In this document: one piece after another, positions 9,099 through 15,645 of the stretch
Layout: each line of letters opens with the position of its first letter
Position numbering within the stretch: position 1 is the first letter of the stretch
Source of the DNA: Kalymmatonema hyalinum WJT4-NPBG1
Lineage (GTDB): Bacteria; Cyanobacteriota; Cyanobacteriia; Cyanobacteriales; Nostocaceae
Reading direction: 5' to 3'
Assembly: GCA_019359075.1 (NCBI GenBank)
Contig: JAHHIB010000008.1
Location: forward strand, 100,793 to 132,792
DNA: 32,000 bases
Notes under the pieces: generated by a model
Told to the model about the DNA's origin: nothing
What the model saw: only the letters and a program-made list of their open reading frames with translations
The model's database searches: none
Made by a program: the position numbers and the translations under genes

Positions 9099-10337
9099 AT
9101 GAAAATTCTGCACGTTACCCAAGGTTATACCCCAGCAATTGGGGGGACAGAATTGCTCATTCAACGCGTTTCTGAAGAGTTAGTTCGGCAATTCGGCGAT
9201 GAAGTCACTGTGTTTACCACCAATTGCTTTAATGGAGAAGGTTTTTTCAATCCAAAACTACCACGCTTGCAACCAGGTGACGAGGAAATTAATGGTGTTA
9301 AAGTGCGGCGGTTTCCAGTTAATTGCCGAATTAGCCAAATGGTACGATTTCCTCAAAAAGTCGCTTATCGCCTGCATTTACCATTCAACGAGCATTTAAG
9401 GACAATCGCAGGAGGACCGATTATTCCGGGGTTGAAAAAAGCTATCCAAGAATTTCCGGCTGATATTATTGCTGCTTCATCTTTTCCATTACTACATATG
9501 TATGCGGCGTTAAACGGTGCTAGGGAGTCTGGAAGACCTTGTGTCTTGCATGGAGGGATACATCCGCAAGATGATTGGGCATTTCAACGTTCCAGAATCT
9601 ATAGTGCTATTGGGCAATCTACTTACTATTTATCTAATACAAAATACGAGGCAGATTATGTTATCAAACGGGGAGCATCACCTGAACGTGTCGTAGTTGT
9701 AGGAGTTGGTGTAGATCCACAACCGTTTGAACAAATTTCCGCAACGCAAGCGAAACAGCATTTCGGTTTTGGAGAGCAACCAGTCGTAGGTTTTATTGGA
9801 CAGTTGGGGGGACACAAGGGAGTAGACACACTTGTACGAGCAATGTCCCTTGTCTGGCAAATTTTTCCTGATGTGCAGTTCCTGATTGCTGGAGTCAGGA
9901 CAATGTTTGCAGAGAAAGTAGAAAACATTATCCACCAATTGCCAGAGGCATACAAAAATAAAGTCAAGCTTTACTATAACTTTTCTAATGAAGAAAAACC
10001 CTTGTTATTTGCTGCGGTAGATGTGTTTGCTTATCCTTCTGGTTTTGAATCTTTTGGAATTGCATTTCTAGAAGCTTGGGCAGCAGGTAAGCCTGTTATT
10101 GGTTGTCGTGCAGGAGCAATACCTTGGGTTATAGATGAGGGAAGAGATGGGCTGTTAGTAGACTATAAAAACGAGGAAATGCTAGCAGAAGCAATTATAG
10201 AGTTATTAAAAAATTCTTCTTGGGCAAAAAGTTTAGGTAATGCTGGTCGGCAGAAAGTTTTATCAAGATACACTTGGAGTAAAGTTGCTCAAAAGTTTCG
10301 AGAAGTTTATGTCGAAGCTATTAAACGACATAGCTGA
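9099..10337 (+). CDS. Glycosyltransferase family 4
   Basis: MKILHVTQGYTPAIGGTELLIQRVSEEL (GT4 N-terminal glycine loop) and VFAYPSGFESFGIAFLEAWAAGKPVIGCRAGAIPWVI (E-x7-E). Confidence 0.85.
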   Translation: MKILHVTQGYTPAIGGTELLIQRVSEELVRQFGDEVTVFTTNCFNGEGFFNPKLPRLQPGDEEINGVKVRRFPVNCRISQMVRFPQKVAYRLHLPFNEHLRTIAGGPIIPGLKKAIQEFPADIIAASSFPLLHMYAALNGARESGRPCVLHGGIHPQDDWAFQRSRIYSAIGQSTYYLSNTKYEADYVIKRGASPERVVVVGVGVDPQPFEQISATQAKQHFGFGEQPVVGFIGQLGGHKGVDTLVRAMSLVWQIFPDVQFLIAGVRTMFAEKVENIIHQLPEAYKNKVKLYYNFSNEEKPLLFAAVDVFAYPSGFESFGIAFLEAWAAGKPVIGCRAGAIPWVIDEGRDGLLVDYKNEEMLAEAIIELLKNSSWAKSLGNAGRQKVLSRYTWSKVAQKFREVYVEAIKRHS

Positions 10338-10368
10338 CTAAATTAATATTTAGGAAACATTAAATAAT

Positions 10369-10746
10369 TTATGACTCTAAAGAATAACTATACGGCAAAT
10401 GAATAATTTGGTTTTTATATTCATTCTGGAAAGAAGCGTCAGCAATGAAAATCAGTTCATCAATATTTTGACCAATACTTAACTTAGGATTCAGAATAAA
10501 AATTCCTGGTATATGACGATCTTGTGCCAAATGTTCAGCTAAATGTACAGGCATAGATGTACGGTTGTTTGTCACTAGGATAAAATCATACTCTTCGCAC
10601 CAAAGTAAAATTTCAGGGTCTAGCGTACCTTTAGTAGGGGTTGTTGGTTCTCCCACTGACCATATTGTTAAATTTGGTCGCACTCGCCGCAGCTGTATCT
10701 TGTAAACTGGATTAACGTTCTCATCCAGCAAATATTTGAGAGTCAT
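10369..10746 (-). CDS. DUF5615-family PIN-like (Mut7-C-like) putative toxin
   Basis: 125 aa. LKYLLDENVNP...DPEILLWCEEYDFILVTNNRTSM matches the 'LLDENL...D.EIL..A....RILVT.D.DF' layout of DUF5615. It overlaps the upstream DUF433 gene by 26 nt. Confidence 0.7.
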   Translation of the reverse strand: MTLKYLLDENVNPVYKIQLRRVRPNLTIWSVGEPTTPTKGTLDPEILLWCEEYDFILVTNNRTSMPVHLAEHLAQDRHIPGIFILNPKLSIGQNIDELIFIADASFQNEYKNQIIHLPYSYSLES

Positions 10747-11074
10747 TCGTATTCTTTTTTGCTTGTTGTTCTGCTCTTAGCTGTCGTAACCGGAGCATTG
10801 TGGGAGAAGGATTGAGTTGTTGAGCTTTCCATTGCTGATGACTTGATTCTAGCCAGTTAGCAACATACTTGCTAACGCTTTCTTGGTTGTGCAAGTAGTA
10901 GAGAATAGTAGCGTAGACTTGCTCTAAGGTAATAGTAGAAAAACTATTGACAATGTCCTCAGGAGTACGACTGCGATAGACATATTCATAAAGAATGTTT
11001 TCAATGCCCACTCGTGTTCCTTTAATCCGAATATCATCGTGACGTTGAAAGTCGAAATATTCTTCTAATTGCAT
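10721..11074 (-). CDS. DUF433-family putative antitoxin
   Basis: 117 aa. IRIKGTRVGIENILYEYVYRSRTPEDIVNSFSTITLEQVYATILYY matches the DUF433 core (GTRI...V......G.S.EEI...YP.L..E.I.AAL.Y). It lies immediately upstream of, and overlapping, the DUF5615 gene. Confidence 0.75.
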   Translation of the reverse strand: MQLEEYFDFQRHDDIRIKGTRVGIENILYEYVYRSRTPEDIVNSFSTITLEQVYATILYYLHNQESVSKYVANWLESSHQQWKAQQLNPSPTMLRLRQLRAEQQAKKNTNDSQIFAG

Positions 11075-11171
11075 CCTTAAATTCTCCTATTTTCCTAATC
11101 TAGTATTGCCCTCAATAAGCAAATTTTTCTGTTATACAGATTTTGGCAATACCCTGTGTGCATTTGACAAT

Positions 11172-12095
11172 TTAAACTTCAGTACCAATTGCCAGCCGCA
11201 CTCCCCAAAATACGATGAGAAGTGCGATCGCCACCCAATCACCTGTTTTCAGCCGTAAGTCGTGCCATTGCACTCGATGTTCATGAGGACTCGTAAAACC
11301 CCGCACCATCATTGCGCTAGCCATTTGCTCTGCTCGAAGTAGCAAATTTTCCAACAGCCGTTGTGCAACCAACAACCAAACTTTAGCGGCTCCTTTCAAT
11401 CCCAGCTTTTTCCAATTAATCGCCCTTGTCATAATAGAACGAATTAAATTCTGGATTTCTTCTAAAACTAGGGGAATAAACCGCAACGATAAAGTTAAAG
11501 TCAAAGTGATCTCAGTGACAGGTAATTTGAACCGTCGCAAGGGTCGCATTAAGCTTTCTAGAGCAGCTGTGATTTCCTCTGGTGCGGTTGTCAGCAAATA
11601 TAGGTTGGTACTGTAAATCAAGGTAAATATCATCGTACTCACACTGATTGCCAAATCCAACGAACGGCGAGTTACTTTAACTGGACCTTTGTCAACCAGT
11701 ACGTATCTGTAGTCTTTTTGGTTGTTTGTTGGGACTGCTGGAGTTGAAGGAGTCGCAGTTGATTTTTCTGTTAAGACTTGTTGGTTGGTTGGCAGGCGCG
11801 GTTGATAACTTATACCAAGCCCATCAGGACTAATAGATATAATCACTAGCACAAAAAAGCATAATGTCAACAGCCAGACCATTTGCTGCCGCCAAACTCG
11901 CCGGGGAATACGTGCTATTAAGGTAGCAAGAATCAACACGACTACCAACAGCACGCGCCATAAGTTGTTGGCAAAAATATAGGTTGTGAGAAAGCTCATC
12001 AACCAAACCAACTTGACTCGTGGATCGAGTTTGTGTAGCCAAGTTTGAGGTTGTTCTAAGTAAAGACCAATGGGCAGCGATCGCAGTAAATCCAT
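11172..12095 (-). CDS. ECF-transporter transmembrane (T) component, CbiQ/EcfT family
   Basis: 307-aa polytopic protein. N-terminal LHKLDPRVKLVWLMSFLT and C-terminal A..MA.AM.VRGF motif (LLRAEQMASAMMVRGFTSP) are typical of CbiQ/EcfT. A long hydrophilic insert lies mid-protein. Confidence 0.8.
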   Translation of the reverse strand: MDLLRSLPIGLYLEQPQTWLHKLDPRVKLVWLMSFLTTYIFANNLWRVLLVVVLILATLIARIPRRVWRQQMVWLLTLCFFVLVIISISPDGLGISYQPRLPTNQQVLTEKSTATPSTPAVPTNNQKDYRYVLVDKGPVKVTRRSLDLAISVSTMIFTLIYSTNLYLLTTAPEEITAALESLMRPLRRFKLPVTEITLTLTLSLRFIPLVLEEIQNLIRSIMTRAINWKKLGLKGAAKVWLLVAQRLLENLLLRAEQMASAMMVRGFTSPHEHRVQWHDLRLKTGDWVAIALLIVFWGVRLAIGTEV

Positions 12096-12177
12096 TTTTT
12101 AGAAGAAAGAACAGTGAAGATTGAAGAGTGAAGAAAGAAAAAGTTTCACTCTTCTTTCTTTCTTCTTCTATCTTCAT

Positions 12178-13539
12178 TTACACGCGGGTGGCGCGATTGG
12201 CACTACCACTTTCGACATCACGAGTTTTCTTACTCCGCCATAGTATACGGATAGGAGTTCCTTGAAAGCCCAAATGTTGCCGAAATTGTCGCTCAATGTA
12301 GCGACGGTAGTTGTCGTTGAAGCGTTTGGCTTCATTGACAAACAATGCTATTGTAGGCGGTTGAGAAGTGACTTGTGTACCATAATAAATCCTGCCCTGA
12401 CGCCCACCGCGAGAGACTGGCGGCGAATGTCGGCCAAGCGCTTCTTCCAAGACTTCGTTGATCACCGCTGTACTAACACGGCGTTTGTGTGATTCGGCTG
12501 CTGTATTCACCAACTCCAAAATCTTTTCCACCCGTTGCCCAGTCAAGGCGCTAACAAAAATGGTTTGCGCCCATTCCGTAAAATGCATCCGTTCTTGCAG
12601 ATGTTTTTCGTAATCATAAATCGTGTGAGAGTCCTTTTCGATCGCATCCCACTTATTGACCACGATAATGCAAGCTCGACCTTCTTCGACAATCCGGCCA
12701 GCTAATTTTTGGTCTTGCTCGGTGACACCATCAAGGGCATCTATAACCATTAAAACCACATCAGCGCGACGAATTGCTTTAAAAGCACGGTTGATGCTAA
12801 AGAATTCGGGACCATAATCCACGTTCTTCTTTTTGCGAATTCCTGCTGTGTCAATCAAGCGGTAAATTTGCCCATTTCGTTCCACAACAGTATCAATCGC
12901 ATCGCGGGTTGTACCAGAGATTGGGCTGACGATCGCCCTTGCTTCTCCCACGAAAGCATTTAATAAACTGGATTTCCCTACATTCGGGCGTCCCACAATA
13001 GCCACTTTAATTTCATTGGTTTCTGGGATGTCTTCTGTAGGTGGGAGGTAGTTAAGCAGCGCGTCGAGTAAATCTCCTGTGCCGCTTCCATGAATGGCAG
13101 AGATGGGGAAAGGTTCACCCAAGCCCAATTCCCAGAATTCGCTGGCTTGCATTAAACCTTGTTCTGGGGATTCACACTTATTGACAGCCAGCAGGACAGG
13201 GACAGGTTGTTGTCGCAACCACTCTGCAACTTCTTCATCAGCGGGTGTTGGTCCAGTTTGACCATCTACCAGAAAAATCGCCGCACTTGCTTCTGCTAGA
13301 GCTGCCATAGCCTGTTGACGAATCAGTGGTAAAAATTCCGTATCGTCATTAAATACCAAACCACCAGTATCGACGACGAGAAACTCGCGATCGCTCCAGT
13401 AGGCGGGTAAATATGTGCGATCGCGTGTCATACCTGGTTCGTCATGAACAATAGCAGATTTTTCCCCGGCAAGACGATTGACCAGGGTAGATTTGCCCAC
13501 ATTCGGGCGACCAATAATAGCAACAATAGGAAGAGCCAT
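12178..13539 (-). CDS. der: Ribosome-biogenesis GTPase Der (EngA), tandem GTPase domains plus KH-like C-terminus
   Basis: Two G domains: [19 protein letters not shown]...DTGG...NKCE and [18 protein letters not shown]...DTAG...NKWD. Start placed at MALPIV (ATG 13539). The 44 upstream codons in the track ORF run through repeat-like non-coding sequence. Confidence 0.95.
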   Translation of the reverse strand: MALPIVAIIGRPNVGKSTLVNRLAGEKSAIVHDEPGMTRDRTYLPAYWSDREFLVVDTGGLVFNDDTEFLPLIRQQAMAALAEASAAIFLVDGQTGPTPADEEVAEWLRQQPVPVLLAVNKCESPEQGLMQASEFWELGLGEPFPISAIHGSGTGDLLDALLNYLPPTEDIPETNEIKVAIVGRPNVGKSSLLNAFVGEARAIVSPISGTTRDAIDTVVERNGQIYRLIDTAGIRKKKNVDYGPEFFSINRAFKAIRRADVVLMVIDALDGVTEQDQKLAGRIVEEGRACIIVVNKWDAIEKDSHTIYDYEKHLQERMHFTEWAQTIFVSALTGQRVEKILELVNTAAESHKRRVSTAVINEVLEEALGRHSPPVSRGGRQGRIYYGTQVTSQPPTIALFVNEAKRFNDNYRRYIERQFRQHLGFQGTPIRILWRSKKTRDVESGSANRATRV

Positions 13540-13722
13540 AACCGGATGCACAATGCTCCAAATCTCTATTGTAGCGGTTTGTAGTGAGTGCTTAGCGCGT
13601 AGACGTGTATCCCTCACAGAACGCTTTGCGACTGGGCGGGTTCGCGTAGGGTAGATAGTGCCAACGACCACCTTCTAAAATAGGGACGGGCTGTCCGGGC
13701 GATCCTACAATAATTTAATGAG

Positions 13723-13944
13723 ATGAAAGCGATTACGACAATTGCTACAGTTACAACAGATGGGAAAATGACAGTGGAGTTGCCATCAGATATTCCACCA
13801 GGTGAGCATCAAGTTGTGGTGGTAATTAATGAAAAGCCTTTGGTAGAAAAACCGGAGACAAAGGAGAAGCGTACACCGCTGAAATTTTCTGCCTATCCTG
13901 TAGGATTAGTTTCGGAAACCGTTACTTTCCGTAGAGAAGACTGA
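13723..13944 (+). CDS. VapB-like (AbrB/SpoVT-type) antitoxin paralog, no cognate toxin behind it
   Basis: 73 aa. MKAITTIATVTTDGKMTVELPSDIPPGEHQVVVVINE aligns residue by residue with the next ORF (MKTIETIATVTADGKITVQLPPDIPAGEHRVVVMIDE). It ends ...FRRED, lacking the MYGDDGR tail of the paralog. Confidence 0.55.
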   Translation: MKAITTIATVTTDGKMTVELPSDIPPGEHQVVVVINEKPLVEKPETKEKRTPLKFSAYPVGLVSETVTFRRED

Positions 13945-14015
13945 TTGCTGAACTACTAAAGAAACAAACTGGTCGTACATAGAATAAAATAGCCCTGATA
14001 AAAACGAGGAATAAT

Positions 14016-14258
14016 ATGAAGACTATTGAAACAATTGCCACCGTTACAGCAGACGGTAAAATCACAGTACAGTTACCACCCGATATTCCAGCAGGTGAGC
14101 ATAGAGTTGTGGTGATGATTGATGAACAGCCTTTACCCAAAAAAACAGAGGCAAAGGAAAAGCGTCTGCCGCTAGATTTTCCTGTGATTCATGTTGGTTC
14201 TTGGCCTGAAAATCTTTCTCTAAGACGTGAGGATATGTATGGTGATGATGGACGATAA
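14016..14258 (+). CDS. VapB-like antitoxin of the adjacent PIN toxin
   Basis: 80 aa, paralogous to 13723-13944. Its 3' end overlaps the PIN ORF (stop TAA 14256-14258; PIN ATG candidates at 14239, 14245 and 14248). This is the classic type II TA layout. Confidence 0.65.
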   Translation: MKTIETIATVTADGKITVQLPPDIPAGEHRVVVMIDEQPLPKKTEAKEKRLPLDFPVIHVGSWPENLSLRREDMYGDDGR

Positions 14259-14691
14259 CTCTGTTTTTCTTGACACTAATATCCTCGTTTATGCCAGTGT
14301 TCCTGAGTCTCCTTTACACTTAGTTGCTATCAACGCAATTCAAACTTATGAACAAGCTGGGACACAATTGTGGATTAGCCGACAAGTGTTGCGGGAATAT
14401 CTGGCAACTCTCACTCGTCCGCAGCTATACACTGAGCCTATACCAATTTTGACTGTAATTGCAGAAATTCATTTTTTCCAAAACCGGTTTCAAGTTGCTG
14501 AAGATGGTTTTCAGGCGACTGAAAGGTTGTTGACGTTGATGGAAGAAATTACTATCGGTGGCAAGCAGGTACATGATGCGAATATTGTTGCCACAATGTA
14601 AGTTTACGGTATCCGTCAGCTATTAACTCATAACACAGGTGATTTTGCTAGATTTTCTGAGTTGATTACTGTTTTGCCTTTACAACAGTAA
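14248..14691 (+). pseudogene. vapC: PIN-domain VapC toxin interrupted by an in-frame TAA (14599-14601)
   Basis: VFLDTNILVYAS (first PIN Asp)...LREYLATLTRP...QVHDANIVATM*VYGIRQLLTHNTGDFARFSELITVLPLQQ*. The same frame continues for 29 codons after the TAA. Those codons encode the conserved 'T.N..DF' segment carrying the last catalytic Asp. Confidence 0.7.
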
Positions 14692-14697
14692 GAAGTA

Positions 14698-14798
14698 GGG
14701 TGTGTTACGGCATACTTGTGAGTAAAGATAGCGGCAATGAAGATTTTGCCGTAACGCACGCCCGATCAATGATGCGTTGCGCTTCGCTATAACGCATC
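14698..14798. repeat. Two GC-rich stem-loops of the 'GTAACGCAC / AACGCATCCTAC' type (cyanobacterial small dispersed repeat-like)
   Basis: GGGTGTGTTACGGCA (14698-14712) pairs with TGCCGTAACGCACGCCC (14747-14763). GATGCGTT (14771-14778) pairs with AACGCATC (14791-14798). Confidence 0.5.
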
Positions 14799-14858
14799 CT
14801 ACAAACTACAAACTGAGATATTGCACCAGTCCCAACAACCGCCATAGGTTAGAAACTT

Positions 14859-14948
14859 ATGGCTAATAGCTAAAGTCTTTTAAAGAAGACTAAATACTCA
14901 TTCAGCAAGGTTTTTAGTCCATTTTAATGGACTTGAGCTATTAGCCAT
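14859..14948. repeat. 90-bp MITE-like element with 19-bp terminal inverted repeats
   Basis: ATGGCTAATAGCTAAAGTC (14859-14877) versus GACTTGAGCTATTAGCCAT (14930-14948): 18/19 complementary. Internal hairpins are GACTAAA/TTTAGTC and GTCCATTttAATGGAC. AACTT occurs on both flanks (14854-14858, 14950-14954). Confidence 0.45.
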
Positions 14949-15078
14949 GAACTTCAGTTCTGGGCGGACGAGAATACGAATTGAGAATCGTGTAATATAT
15001 CAACCTAATGATTTTCCGAAATCTTCCGAGATACAGTGTAGATAGAATCAAAATCAATCTCCACTTCAGGGTTAGTTT

Positions 15079-15519
15079 ATGGAACCTGCAACACTAACAG
15101 CAGCTATGATCGCCACTTTAGCATTTAGCAAAGCTATAGAAAAAACCGCAGAAACCCTGACAGCAACCGTATTAAACAAGTTAAATAATCTCCGCGAGAA
15201 AATTTGGCAGAGGTTCAAGGGTAATCAGAAATTAGAACAGACGCTAGCGAAAGCACAGAAAGAAGGCTCAAAAGAAGATGTTGATTTGATTTCTGCTTAC
15301 TTGCAGGTAGCGATGGATACAGACGATAAATTTGCTCAAGACATTCAACAGCTTGCCGAAGAAATTAACCAAGAAATTAATATTGGCAAGATTGAAGGGC
15401 GGAATGTCCAGAATGTTTATGGTGGTGAAGCTTATCAAAATAATGACAGTAAAGCTCCCATCTTCCAAGGCGTAGATAATAGCCCAATTACTATAAACTA
15501 CAATAATCCGCCTTCTTGA
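15079..15519 (+). CDS. 146-aa helical N-terminal effector-like domain (Bell/HeLo-like candidate) ending at an in-frame TGA; probably the detached N-terminus of the downstream NB-ARC-TPR gene
   Basis: Hydrophobic first helix MEPATLTAAMIATLAFSKAI, then charged helices, then an N/Q/G-rich tail NVQNVYGGEAYQNNDSKAPIFQGVDNSPITINYNN. It is in the same reading frame (frame 1) as ORF 15646-17784. Confidence 0.6.
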   Translation: MEPATLTAAMIATLAFSKAIEKTAETLTATVLNKLNNLREKIWQRFKGNQKLEQTLAKAQKEGSKEDVDLISAYLQVAMDTDDKFAQDIQQLAEEINQEINIGKIEGRNVQNVYGGEAYQNNDSKAPIFQGVDNSPITINYNNPPS

Positions 15520-15645
15520 CTGGAGTCGCTCGAACGGGAACGGGCAAAGTTAAATCCCCCTACTGGAATACCACAAAATATCCCCTCCCATCGGGCAGTA
15601 AAGTTCGTCGGGCGAGAGGAAGAACTACAACGCCTCCATCAACTC

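Noticed and set aside
197-9967. Many 60-120 aa ORFs nested in or antisense to the glycosyltransferase/gmd genes. Examples: 197-379(-), 1307-1549(-), 4788-4973(+), 5174-5395(+), 5842-6024(-), 6173-6364(+), 6972-7154(-), 7374-7565(-), 8081-8428(-), 8478-8688(-), 8699-9164(-), 9199-9399(+), 9656-9967(-).
   Set aside because: Each lies inside a longer ORF with clear family motifs. Their translations are low-complexity or Arg/Ser/Cys-rich shadow-frame products with no recognisable motif.
11830-12177. 115-aa minus-strand ORF overlapping the CbiQ-family start and the der-cbiQ spacer.
   Set aside because: It begins in the R/Y hairpin (MKIEEERKKSETFSFF...) and is out of frame over a well-supported membrane-protein gene. 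It is a repeat-driven artefact.
12262-12492. 76-aa plus-strand ORF antisense to der.
   Set aside because: It is fully inside der on the opposite strand and has no motif.
13540-13671. 44-codon N-terminal extension of der in the ORF track ([44 protein letters not shown]).
   Set aside because: Der homologs begin a few residues before the first GxxxxGKS loop. The extension is Arg-rich, runs through repeat-like GC-rich intergenic sequence, and ATG 13539 gives the canonical [17 protein letters not shown] start.
13922-14140. 72-aa minus-strand ORF antisense to the second vapB-like gene.
   Set aside because: It is the shadow of the antitoxin ORF. The plus-strand pair is supported by paralogy and by coupling to the PIN gene.
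15517-15519. TGA as a selenocysteine codon.
   Set aside because: I could see no SECIS-like stem-loop immediately downstream. The position is a linker with no redox-motif context (no CxxU/UxxC).
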